DNA of 60,758 bases, filler included, from Basidioascus undulatus (taxonomy: Eukaryota): the NCBI GenBank assembly GCA_000826855.1. It is 5 parts of 5 records of this genome, joined end to end, with 100 filler letters (N's around TTAATTAATTAA, not from the genome) between each part and the next. Parts side by side here need not be neighbours in the genome. Positions count along the whole stretch, not along the records: positions 12,199 to 24,295 come from JTLS01000951.1; 4 more parts are not named here. One strand, given 5' to 3'. The notes under the pieces are model-generated. The model made no database searches. It saw nothing but the letters and a program-made list of their open reading frames with translations, and was not told where the DNA came from. Below, piece after piece: positions 12,199-24,395 of this stretch (the stretch's first letter is position 1; each line of letters begins with the position of its first letter). Both the position numbers and the translations under genes were made by a program.

Positions 12199-14688
12199 CC
12201 AAATGGCTAGAGCGAAGGCAGCGATGTAGACGAACCTGCAAGCAAGGTGTCAGTATCAGCGAGAGGAGGAGGGCGCTGCTGCTGCTGAGGAGGGCATGTC
12301 GGGGTCCGGCTGCACCGCGGGGGTCGACGAGCTGGATTGGGATGTGTGCGAGTGCGACGCGGACGCAGAGGGAGTGAGTGGCCCAAGGCCGGAGGAGAAC
12401 GGCGAGGAGGACAAGGAGGAGATGGAGGTTCTCCACCGGGACGGCATCTTGCGCAGATCCTCGCGGCGCGGTCTCTTCTTGCGTGCGCGGTGGTCCGGCC
12501 CGATCCAGGAACGGACAAAGTTGTACGAAATTCGAGAGCCCGAATCGGCGTCTTTAATGCGCCGCTGCGACAATAATAATCAGCGACAGCTCGTCGACCT
12601 GGCGGTTGCTGTGGGCGTCGGCAAGGATGGGCGAGTGGACGGCGAGAGCAGCAGGGGAATATGACAGTCGATGGATGAGATCTCTGTCTGCCGGCCGAAA
12701 GGGTTCATCAATTCACCGCTCTGCATCATCCTTGCCCACTCCAGACGATCCAGGCCAGGCCATGTATGTCCTCCGCGAGAAGAGCGGGGTAGACATTCCA
12801 CCAGGGCGCAAGCGCGAAAGCGCGGGGTTAGACGCCCTCCGCTGCCGGCCTGCGCTTTCGCCATTCGAGAAGACTCACGAGCAGGCCTCTGTCTTTATCG
12901 CTTTCCTAACCAACCCGGTGCTTGCAGTGAGAATGAATGCTCGAGATGGTGAGGTTCAAGTGGCAAATATCCTCCCTTCCTTCTTGCTGTCTTCCATCAT
13001 AGCAGCGCTTCGTGACGGTCCACCGTCCGGCGGCGCAGTCGACGCGCTCCTCCCCGCCCCGCAATGCATTGAAGAATTGCGCGACACCCGCGCAACCCCA
13101 CACCGCGCATCGCTCCTCTCAAGAATCGATCATCGATGCGTCCACAGTCGTCCACAGTCGCCCTTAATTGGACCAAAAGGTCATTGATATCGAGTATCGA
13201 CCAAGGTAAATCCAGCGGCGCAAGATGATATTATTCACCAGCTTCAGGCATGCAGTGAAATTTTGCAGCCACACGGCAACTTTACGCGCCCTCACGCAAA
13301 CTCCGCGGCCGGATAACCTTCGGATGCTTCGGAGAACTGATAACGCTGCTTATCTCTGCGCACGTGGGCATGCCTGTCATGATCAATCGATGTTATGGCG
13401 GCCGGCGCGATCCGAAGTCTTTTCGTGTCCACAAATTATGGCCGGCCTCTCAAATGGCTGCTTCTCGTTATGAACGCTTGTTTCTTGAACGTTACCTGTA
13501 CAACGCCCTCCTTTGAATAAGGCATTGGACTCGGTATTGTCGCTGTGTTGAGTACTACTCGATGTAGTGACCATTGAAACAACGAGCGAGACGAACGAGC
13601 CCCGCATTCATGAAGTCAACTTGACGACGATACCCAGACCGCAGTTACACTTATGCAGTTCATGTATTGCCCTGGCGCAGTCTACTGCGGGATCTACTTA
13701 GCAGCGCAATGAACAGAGTAGTGATGGTAAGTAGACATGGTGGTCTTCAGCTGTCAGGTCGGCCAGCTCAGGCTGCATGGGCATGCATGAGATCAGGGCA
13801 AGCAACACCAGCATTTCTACCGCTCGTTCCGGAAAACTACTGACCAGAAACATCAAAGCTTTGAGGTTCCTCATCTGGGCAGAGTGGCATATCTACCTGT
13901 CCAAGTTATACCATATTATGGGCCCGGAGCGGTACTTGTACTGAGACATAAATGGAAGCCGTGATCCAGTTCAGTCGCCCAAGCTTGCAGCGCTAAAATC
14001 GTCTGACATGGTCGCTGCTCGACAGAGTTTTTGCGGCCTTCGGACATCCCTTCTCATCGGGGGAGAAAGTCAAAGGACACCCGTTCCAAAGACTTGCTGT
14101 GAAAGCTGGCCAGCGTGCAGTGCGCAGTGCGTGGCAGTCCATGGCCGGCGCAAAACAAGCCTACACGCAGTGCATAACATGCATCTACCACAATCTAACC
14201 GGAAACAAACACCCGACTATAGCCAAACCGTTGCCCGCCCGCCAGCTCAGATGGCACCTCGTCGACCTGCAGACGGGTATCCTGCTGCTGGACTTTCACC
14301 AGAGCAGGCCGTCTGTCGAGCAGCCCTCATCCAACGGCTTGAATGGCCCTTGTCGACCTTGAAACCGGCGACAAACTCCTTGAGAGTGACGAGCATGGGA
14401 ATAGCCCGTCGCCGACGATTTGTTCCGGCGAAAATGAAGAGAAAGTCGTCCCTTATCCTTGATCATGAGTGGCGCTTGGATCAACTGGAAATTCCATAGA
14501 ATATCTTATTTTCTGGATCTTGAACAGTTACCAGGGTAGATCCTCCGTACTGGCACAGGTGCAGTTCGGAAACAACGGCCCGTTGCCGGTGCTAGCCGGG
14601 TGGCCGTCAACGTGGCATTTGCGTGGACTCCCCCTTCTTCGCCATACGATCAACCACTTTTGACACTCACATTCGCATCGCCTTCTTC

Positions 14689-15743
14689 ATGCCTCTTACT
14701 ATCGCAGTATCTGGCGCATCAGGCCTGATCGGGACTGCCCTATGCCGCCTGGCACTCGCAGACGGCCATACAGTCGTCGGCCTCGATCGGGACCCCTGCT
14801 CGCTCAAGCACGACAACTTCACGTCGAAGATCATCGACACGGCCAACTACCAGCAGTTTCTCAATGCTGTGCGCGGCTGCGATGCACTCGTCCATCTTGC
14901 TGCGATCGTGCGGTTCGAAGTCGCTCCTCAGGAGGTGCGCTTCTTGAGTGTACAGCATCCCCCTCGAGCGGTCACTCATGCTCTCGGTATGGTTCGTTTG
15001 CAGGTCATTCACAATGTCAACGTCGCGTCCTCCTACAACGCCCTCAAGGTCGCGGCTGACCTTGGCATCAAGCGAGTTGTTCAGGCGTCCAGCGTGAACG
15101 TGATCGGTTTGGGCAAGTTTCCAGCCCATCTTGAATTCCGTTCGTACACTGATCGCTAATGATGTCTGTGCACAGCGTATTCGCGTCGGGCCAAGCTCGA
15201 CTACCTCCCTCTTGACGAGCAGCACCCTTGGTATCCCGAGGACGCATACTCCCTCTCCAAATGGTGGGACGTGCTCATGCTATTCTCGAGCCCCCAGCTC
15301 CGCCACTTACTCCTGATCTTTGTAGCATTTGTGAGCAGCAAGCTGACGCTTTTGCGCGCTTGCACTCGTCGCTGCGCATCGCCTCTTTGCGCTTCCACTG
15401 GGTTATCTCCGACCGCTCAACGGGCGCCAACGAGCTCGCTACCGCTGGACCCGATTCGGAGCTCTTCGCGGAACATTCGCGCGACCTCTGGGGCTGGGTG
15501 TCTGTGGACGCGTCCGCGCGAGCATGCCTCCTCGGCTTGACCGTACCCGAGTCCGCCTTTACCGGGCACGAGGCTTTCTTCATTGTCGCTCCGACGACGG
15601 CGGTCGAGCGGGACAGCGCTGAGCTTCAGAAGGAGGTCTACCCGGGGGTCAAGGAGATCCGCAAGCCGTTCAAGGGCAACTCCAGCTTCTTTGATTGTAG
15701 CAAGGCCGCGCGCGTGTTGGGATGGACCGAGAAAGCGAACTAG
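14689..15743 (+). CDS. NAD-dependent epimerase/dehydratase (extended SDR)
   Basis: IAVSGASGLIG Rossmann motif, DALVHLAA, RVVQASSVN, catalytic YSLSK. Four exons splice in frame, one via a GC-AG intron. Confidence 0.9.
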
Positions 15744-16014
15744 GACTGATGTGCTACTAGAAGCTGCCATCACTTATTGCACTCGCTGGGGCTGTTGACT
15801 GCGAGCTTCCTTGGCCATGCGCGGCAATCTCCTGACTCTTCTGATAAAACCACGACAGCCTGAAAAGATAAGGTGTTTGTTGAATGTCGATAAGTGTCAT
15901 ATTTACGGTATTAACCGCTAAACGCACCGTTGACAGCGGCCGTGTCGGCTAAACAGCCCGAACCGGGTTGCCCTCCGACTTTCATCTCCACGCTGCCGCC
16001 CGCTATCAAGCAGC

Positions 16015-17312
16015 ATGTCCTCGCCGTTGACGCTCCTTGTCGGGACTTACGCCTCCCATATCTACACGCTTACTTTCGATCCTTCTTCCTCGCCTGCTTC
16101 GTTGAGCGTCGAGGACGCCGCGACGGTGTCCGGGCCGAGCCCGTCCTGGATCGAGGCTGACCGAAAAACCCTTCGCATATCATCGCGACCAACGAGGTTG
16201 GAAATGGGCAGCTCGTATTATTAACTTTTGTCCAAGACAAGGGCACTCTTACCCAGGTGGACCGTCCCAACACGCGGCTCGGAGCCTGCCCATGCGTCCT
16301 TTACGACGGACGGGAAGTTTGCGATGGTGATGAACGTGCGTCCCCATTTTCAAAAGACGTCAACAAGAATCGGGCTCTGACTTACATCATATGTTCCAGT
16401 CATCAGTATACCGTCGGCAATGGCGCAGTCTACGCTCTCCTCAGACCGCACGCTCTTCGATTCCTCATCCGCTGCCTTCCTCTCCTTCGCGGCTACGGAC
16501 ACGAACGCCGAGCGGCAGACGAATGGAGTGCCCACCCGCACCAAGTCGTTCAGCACCCGTCCGTGCCGGTCGTATATGTTCCCCGATCTTGGTGCGGACC
16601 TAGTTCGTCGCTTTGTGGTCATTGACAGCGGCCTCAAAGAGGTTGAGAGCACCGAGTTCTAGCCTGGTAGCGGCCCAAGGCACCTGGACTTCACCCGGAC
16701 GGTGTGTTACACTAGTCATATGCGTATTGAGGCTCGACTCACAAGCTCCCATAATGCTCATCGCGCGACAGGCCGCGCTCTGTACCTCCTCAACGAGCTC
16801 TCCAGCACGCTATCTACCTACGCCATCTCGCTCCCGTCAGGCGAGCTTTCTTTCTCTCGGCGCACTCGATCCTGCCCCCGTCCTCGCCCAATCCTTCCCC
16901 TTTCCTCTCGGCTGGCGCGGTGCTCGTTCACCCTTCCGGTACGCGCCTCTACACGACAAACCGCGATGAGCGCGCAAACCCTTCGGGGGATGCAATCGTC
17001 GTCTTCCGCATCACATCTTCGGGCCATGTCGTTCGTGGCGAGCCGGAGTTCGTCCGGACCGGTGGTATACATCTGCGCGGGATGGCGTGGGATGCGGAGG
17101 GGAAGTGGTTGGCTGTGGGGAACATGGAAAGCGAGGAGTTGAACACAATAGCCTCCGAACACATTGATAAGACTGAGCTGAATTACTGGCCATTGTCCTG
17201 ACAGGTGGTTGTTTATGAGTACGCCGAGGAGGCTGTCGGCAGTCTGAAGGAGGCGGCGCGTGTGAAGATGCCGAAGGGCGTGCAGCCGACTTGCTTTGTC
17301 TGGATGAAATAG
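16015..17312 (+). pseudogene. 7-bladed beta-propeller lactonase (Pgl/YbhE, carboxy-cis,cis-muconate cyclase family), disrupted
   Basis: LLVGTY, PSPSWI, ATNE, AHPHQVVQHP, PDLGAD, PGSGPRHL, LYLLNELSS, LYTTNR, GKWLAVGN. Several frameshifts (first at ~16170) and an in-frame TAG at ~16660. Confidence 0.85.
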
Positions 17313-17903
17313 GCTGAGCAGGGGGCGTGTTTTATGTCTATGTACTCTTGTCTGTGTGGGACATTTGTGTGCAGGGCAAGGTAGGTGCAATCTGCGTCGC
17401 CGATGTCGCAATAACGTAGAAACGGCCCTGCTTGATGGACTAATCGACTCGCTTGATGGCTCAGTGCCTGATTTCTTTCGCTTATTTGCGAGATGATAGT
17501 TTCGCAAGACAGCTATTTGATGCAATTGCCACGAACAATCTGAATCCATGGATACCAATGATAGTGCACCGTTCTTAGGCAAGCAGGCTCTAAGGGCAGA
17601 ATTGCCAACCTTTTCAGTTCGAGTCTATATAGTATCCTATATTTTTCTAAATAATAAACTGCTTCATATGTAGGGCATGCGAGCGGGAGTTGTTGTAAAA
17701 TCATGTGGCAGTAGATCTTGTGGCAGTCCGTTTACCTCGTAAGCCGTTTCATGTGAGCACGTCGAAGCGCGTCTCCAAAGCGCGTCAAATCGCGTCGTCC
17801 TTGTCCTCCCGCCCTGCCCACCTTGCTTTCCGTCCCTACAACCCTCCCAAACCTCCAATATCTCAAAGCGGGGTCTATCCGCTCGCGCTCACGCCAGGAC
17901 GAC

Positions 17904-20900
17904 ATGGACAGCCTCAAGCCGTGGATCCTGCGCTGGATCAGCGTCCAGCGGGAAAAGTGCTTTTACGACCTCAGCCCGGTCACTGTCCAGGGCAAGAAGC
18001 TGCAGCTCACTGACGTACGTGCCGCTCTTGGCATCGGTCTGCTACCTGGGCGCCATCATCTTGCGATGGCATGGGCTGAGCTGGGATTGGGCCGCGGTGC
18101 AGTTCCTCACCTACCGCAAGCACGGCGCGGACGATGTGGTCTGGGCGGAGGTGTCCGACTCAGAGTACCGCGTGCCCGCCCGCTTCTCCAAACCCTCTAT
18201 CGGAGCGTTTGAAAGGTCAGTACGCCAGCTAGTCCCTCTTCCCGTGTAAAGTTTACACATCCGTCTGGCCACGACGCACACGTTTCGCAGACGCGGCCAC
18301 TCCATCACGAGGCTCCGCGGTGGAATCTTCCTTATCAAGGCGTTCGCCGCTCGAGCAGAACAACCGGCGGGAAAGGGCGGACTGAGCCTCGTCATCCTCA
18401 TCCAAGACTTTCAGTACGTCGGGTCTGCGGGCGAACCGACCTTCGGCGCACCTCAGAGCATTATGAGCGTGGACTGGATGATGGACTACATAGGGAACTG
18501 CTGGTGCGTTTGCCGCCGGCCGGCTTCAAGCAAGCATGACACAGACCTGATGCTAAGCTGTATGGACAGGCGCTTACTCTGGCGTGGCGTAGACAAGCAG
18601 TCGTTGTTGGCTGGCAGTGAGCGCTGCTCGCTTGTTCCATCGTGCTGCGTCGCCTCCCGCGAACTAAATTTCATTTCGCCTTCTCCGCGCAGCATCTCCG
18701 GATCCAGTACCCCCTTCTAAGCGAGAGGCGCCGAAGTCTGAGGCACTGCAACGGCAGTCGTCCAACGCAGCGACTGGGAGTTTGCCGGGAGTAACTCCTG
18801 TGCGTTGTTTGTCCTCATAACATGCTCCCTGAATCTGATATCCTGATGCGCGTAAAACAGGAACTCGATGGGCGCTCCTCATCTTCCCGCAAACGTGCTC
18901 GTACGTCCGTCAAGTCCGACCCAACGCCACCCCCCGCCGTCATCCCCCAATCCGCTTCGCCTCCTTCGCCTCCCCCTACGGCCACGACCACCGCGCAACC
19001 CCCCTCGGCCGTCCTTCCGGCGCCAACGCAACACCTCGAATTGACCCGTGCATCAGCGGACGTCAGCGCGCAGCGTCCGCGGGACGCGACAACTGACCCC
19101 CAGCCAGTGGAGGAGAAGCCCGAGGCGAATGGCAAGGGGGAACCGCACAGGGGGAAGAAGCGCAAGAACGCGTCAGAGAGAGATCCGCTGAGACACGCCA
19201 AGTGGCCAAAGGTGCGGTATGGATTAAAATCTCCGCGCCGCGTTTGTTGAGAAATGTTGATTCCCAATTACCTGCAGAACTTTGACCTTTCTGACGCGAC
19301 GTGCACGATTCCCGCTGCACAGCAGGCGCTGCTTGACGTGATTAAGGGTATTTCAAGCCCATAACCCACATTGTCGTAGACCCGAACGTTCATTATCGAA
19401 TTCGCGACTTTCCAGGCTTCGAGGAGATCATGTACGAGGTCGAGAAGCCGGCGGACTTGGTCAAAGCGGCGACGACGCATGGTGGTAATCGCAGGAAGAA
19501 ACAGGCCGGTATGTTGGCGTATTAGCTTGTCGTTTTGGCGCTGGAGAAACCCAACTCATCTAAATGTCGTACCCCCACTCAGAACCTGCAGTACCTTCGG
19601 CCGGACCGTCGAAGTCCGTTGCGCCTCCGCTGGTGCCAGACTCCGCGGGTCGTTCTCCCTCTCCCTCTGCCGTCCCCGCGCCCGCCCCCGTGTCCGCGCT
19701 CGCGCCCACCCCTGCCGATATCCCCTGCGATATCCCCTCGGTCGCGCTAACTGAGCGCGCCGCGCCGATTGAAGAATCCGAGGACGATATGCCGGTGCGC
19801 GAACCTCGGTCAGGTGCCGCAGCGCGCGCCCCTCCTCCGACTCCTCCCTCTCCCAGGCTTCCTTCCCCGCCCAAAAACAACATACCCTTCCTCTCTCAAC
19901 TCTCGCACGAGCGCTCGTCTTCCGCCGTCCCTACTTCCTCGCCGTCTCGCCGCGCTCCCGAGGAAGAGGAGGACGACGGCCTATCGGAATACGAGCGGGC
20001 GCATCCGAATCAGCGATTCTCTTCGCCCTCGGCGGCACCGACCTCATCTCCTCTCCGCGCTGCAATTCGCGAGCAAGCAGACGAGCACGAGGAAGAGGGC
20101 GATAGGGAGGACGAGGACGAGGACGAGCGCGACCTAGCCGAGACCGTTCCCCGCCGCGCGTTCAAGCCCATCCTACCCTCCCCACCGCGCCAGCCGACCG
20201 AGGAGCGCACGGCGAGCGTCATCTACGCGGTCGACTCCGACGTAACGCTTTCGACGCAATCCACCGCGCCGCACCCGTCTCAGTCCCACGCGGCCTCGGC
20301 CGGGTCCGGCAGCGCGGGCGCAGCGGGCGCGGGCACGCTGCCCAGTCAAGTCCCTGCAACGAGCGCGGGTCAGTCCAGCCCAGCTGTGCTCGCGCCGTCG
20401 TCGAGCGCGCCCGCCGTCAAGAGCAGTCCAGCTCCGGCTGTTCCACTGAGCAGCGGCCCATTGCGCAGCCGCTCCCTCCACGCTCACTTTTCCGCACCCG
20501 TCCTCGTAACGCCCTTCGCCGCCCCTGCAAGACCTGGCCTATTGCCTAGCCCCAAGTCGTCTCCTACGCCGGCACTTGAGGCGAAGGTCAAGGCGGAAGA
20601 ACCGGAAGTTGCAGTGGGCGGGGAGCGCCAGGAGAAGGACGCGCGATCCGACGAGGACGACCAGATCAGCGAGGACCTCGAGTTCTCGAGGCCGCCGAGT
20701 CCGTTCATCCAGGCCGGCTTGCTGCTAGCCGACGAACGGGCAACGGACGTGCCGGCGGATGCCACGGACGAGGCGCCCGTCGCCGTCGCGCCTGCTGCCG
20801 ACGACCCAAGCCCCGCTCCTCCAGATACCGCTCCCGCCGACTCACCTCCCGCGCCGGCAGTAACATCGGCCGGACCGACTCCAAAAGCCGTCTCACCACC

Positions 20901-21417
20901 GCCCACCGCAACACCTCCGGCCAAGTCGCAACATCACGCACACCATCCCCTCGCCGCTCCCCCTTCCGCTCCCGCCCCCCCTCTCACCGACGCCGTTATC
21001 GAACGCTCCCGGCGGAGATCGACTAGTACAACCCTTGCGCGAGTGGTGTCTTCTGATAAGCCTCGTTCCGCGTCGCCCTCGCCTCCTTCCCCCGCGCAGG
21101 CCACTCGGACTCTTGCGAATGCGATCAGCACCGCTTGCGGACCACCCGCACGGGCGTCTCTCGTGCCTGCATTCCCCTTCACGACCACAGCCAGCCCCGC
21201 ACATGCATTGCACTCGCCTGCTCCGACGGCCGCGCCCCCAGCCGCCACCGCCCCCCCCGCCTCCTCTTGTCGAGGCGCGATACCCTGGTGGGAACCCTCG
21301 CCCTTCCCGACGAAAGCGAATGGTCGCGTCGCGCTCGACTGGGCTGACCTGAAGCGCATTCTCTCTAGCGTGAAGGAGGCGAGGCGGAAAGGCCTATCCG
21401 GGGCGGGGGACGAGTAG
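17904..21417 (+). CDS. Putative shelterin subunit TPP1/Tpz1/Est3-like (N-terminal OB fold, long disordered region)
   Basis: Exons splice in frame: MDSLKPWI..KKLQLTDFLTY..VWAEVSDSEYRVPARFSKPSIGAFE..RGGIFLIK..IQDFQYVGSAGEPTFGAPQSI, then CTIPAAQQALLD, then join the 19564-21417 ORF. Confidence 0.75.
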
Positions 21418-22099
21418 CGGGCGTTGTGAATGAAGACTTGCTCTCATTTTCATGTGCAGAACGGGTTGATCACAGGATGATTTCCACCCTGAACGCGCCG
21501 TCCTGCTTCAGCCCGTAAACTACGTGAACCTTGAGCAAAGATTGCACCGCCTCACTATGTCTCGCGTCTTTTGGGCTGTTGAAGCTTTTCCACACTGTTT
21601 CAAAGCGCAGCCTGCCATGCCAGTTGCAGCGTCTTTCGATAACAGGACTGCCTCAAAAGTGCTTGTGTTGAGTTACTCACTGCTTCTTGGCAATTTAGCT
21701 TTGTCTCTTTTGTCAGATATGAACTTTTGGGTCGAGTTCGGTATGCCATTTAAGGGGTCTCTGTGTAGCTGATTGCCGCAAGGGAATTGGTAGGAGGTGG
21801 TGATGGGCGAACAAGGTGCGGCGTCCCGGCGGGGATGCTTCTTGACATGGCAGAGCAGACGGAAGATTTCTATCAGAAGGTTTCTATCGGCTTGAAGAAT
21901 TCGGAGGTGTCTTGAACTATGTTGCGAACAGTAAAGCGTGTTGTTAAGCTGCCATGAAACTGCGACTACGATGAGAATCGCATCAGCGGTGCGCCTAAAG
22001 GTGTGCACGCAGGGTGGCCGGAAAGCATACTGAAGTTCTCGTTCAATGCAGACAACGTTTTTATGCCCTAAGCCCTATTTCCCAGCTGCTAACTCTCAT

Positions 22100-23420
22100 A
22101 GATAGGTTTTGTTCTTTCAGACACAATTCATGATGCGGCTCGAGGCTTGTAGAAAGTGTACATTGCATGCTTCATTCTGTGTTGTTGCTGTTTGAACTGT
22201 CCACTCCTAGGTACCCATATGTTTTTAGGGTAATTTATGAGGAAGAATAAAGCACCAGAATACACGGATGACTGATGTAGGTCCCCAAAGAACTTCCCCT
22301 CCATGGTTGTTGCGCGGCACAAGTCCACCCCCATCAGCGGCTGTTGAGCATCTTGCAACTATGCTCATCCGTCCAATATGATAGAGAGTTGAAGGTTGGA
22401 AAACATGAGGTACGGACTGGTAAGGGAGACTGTACAATAGCTGCATAAGTGAAGCAGGGGTTGCAGTCAGTCTGGCTGGGTGGGCTGTGTTGCTGACACA
22501 AAGAAGCATCCCAAAGGTAGCTTGGGGAAAAAGACTGCCATTCAATTTATGTTACATAAATTTTTCATTTCTAAAAATCATTTAAACAAAGTTGGGTTTG
22601 GTTACACTCTTCTCTGCATCAGACTGCATGCATTGGAAAGGAAAGTGAAAGCAAGAGGCCTAGGGCGGTTGCCAGGGCCAGAGGTAAGAATCACACTCTT
22701 CTCACAACACAGTTCCGGTTTATTTCAGGACAGTGTTATTTGGGCAGCCTAACATGCGTTTCTAAGAAGCACCTTGTCTGAGACCATTCCACATTTTGAG
22801 GTTGGAGATGCACCTTGAGATGACGAGGGCTGTTTGACATAGAGTTATGTGCAAGTTAACCTCTCAAATCCTCACTTGGGCACATTCGTTCTATTCTCTG
22901 TTAAAGGCAGATGCTGCCGAAGATGGTCACTGAGTCAAAGCTGCAGTATGCATGGTTTGAGCAGAGCCTCATTTTGCATTTTTTATTTCCTCATGCCCCT
23001 ATTTTATCCGTTGGTGGTTGGGCGTGGGCAGTGGTAAGTTGGCAGCAGAGTGGAAGGTGAGAGTAGATGAGCCTGAGCAGCAGGGAGTGCAGCACAAGGC
23101 AATAGGGGCTGAGCAATCACCTGAGAGTGGCAGCAGACCCTCCCTTACAGTACCCCAAGACAAATTAAAAATACTGAATTCTTGCTAACATGTTAAACTT
23201 GATGCTCATGTATTGATACCTATTAGTCAAAGAACTTGAAAAGTAAGATGGTCACATGAAGACCACATGAATGTGGTGGGAATTGCCTCAGTAAAGATTG
23301 ATTATCTTTGTTCAGCTGGTGCATTATAAAGCCCCATAAACATATTGTCTGACTACCGCGGGGCTGCAATTTTCTTTGATTTTATTAAGGTTCAATATGA
23401 AACGCTCTTAAGCTACAACA
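22100..23420. mobile_element. CpG-depleted, probably repeat-derived degenerate sequence next to the copia relic
   Basis: Lower GC, scarce CG and abundant TG/CA relative to flanking genes. No recognisable ORF. Confidence 0.35.
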
Positions 23421-23639
23421 AGCTTGATGGCGCAGGGGAAGCGCGGTGGGCTCATAACCCACAGGTCTCTGGATCGACGATCAAGCTACTTCATGAATCA
23501 TGATCTTTTGATAGCCAAACTGGGCCTGTGTTACGTATGTTGCACTCATTGGGGGCGGCAGATGGTCTGTGAGGCAGAATGGGTGGGGAAGCCGCAGCAG
23601 ACGCAGCTGGGGGCTCACTGAGTGAGAGTCTGAGTGAGC

Positions 23640-24295
23640 TTGGCAGCCCCTGGTGTGCGTGTGCTGCAGGCACTCGTTGTTCCAATGATCTCCTTTGCAA
23701 GTATGGCAAGGACCGGGAGGTGGACAGCAGCCCTGTTGCTTTTTCTTTGGGACATTCACGTTGTTGGCAATAGTGAAGTCCTTGGTGATGATCACCCCCC
23801 TGCGTGATGAGGGGTCATTGTCCTGTCAAGGTTGAGTGAGTCAGAGTCAGTGCATGACTCGACTGCAGTGGTAAGAGGGGCAAAGGATTTGGGGAGTTGC
23901 AAAAGGAGGTTGGAGGCAAGGACATCATCAGGGGGGCTGAGCCCAATGCTGGAGAGGCTGAGGGTGATGTCCCAGAACTCATAGAGGTGGTCGTCTGGTG
24001 ACCTGCCCTCTGAGAGCCTGAGATTGGTGAGGCAGTGGATGAGGCAGACCTTCATGTGGCAAGTCTTCAGCTCATAGTCCTTGAGTATCTTCTCCCAAGC
24101 GGCCTTTGCTGATGTGATGCCCAAGATGAGCCAGATTATGGTGCTGGTGGAGGAGAGGATGATGAGGGAGAGTGCCTGCTGGTTTGCATGGTCCAGAGCT
24201 GCTGCTTGTGTCAGGACTTGACTGGGTAAGACAGACCGCAGCGGGGACTACCAGCAGGGTTGGTGTCAAGATGCAAGATGGATGAAGAAAGGGCA
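23640..24295 (-). mobile_element. Degenerate Ty1/copia LTR-retrotransposon gag fragment
   Basis: SAKAAWEKILKDYE...LTNLRLSEG..DDHL.EF...IGLSPPDDVLASNLLLQLPKSF (copia gag/UBN2-like) plus a zinc knuckle PCHTCKGDHWNNEC in a shifted frame. No pol or LTR recognised. Confidence 0.85.
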
Positions 24296-24395
24296 NNNNN
24301 NNNNNNNNNNNNNNNNNNNNNNNNNNNNNNNNNNNNNNNTTAATTAATTAANNNNNNNNNNNNNNNNNNNNNNNNNNNNNNNNNNNNNNNNNNNN
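24296..24395. other. Artificial contig spacer
   Basis: N44-TTAATTAATTAA-N44. Confidence 0.98.

Noticed and set aside
12199..12450. Possible gene start on the minus strand (MPSR, intron, FVYIAAFALAIW)
   Set aside because: Weak donor site and only a few codons before the contig break; cannot be supported.
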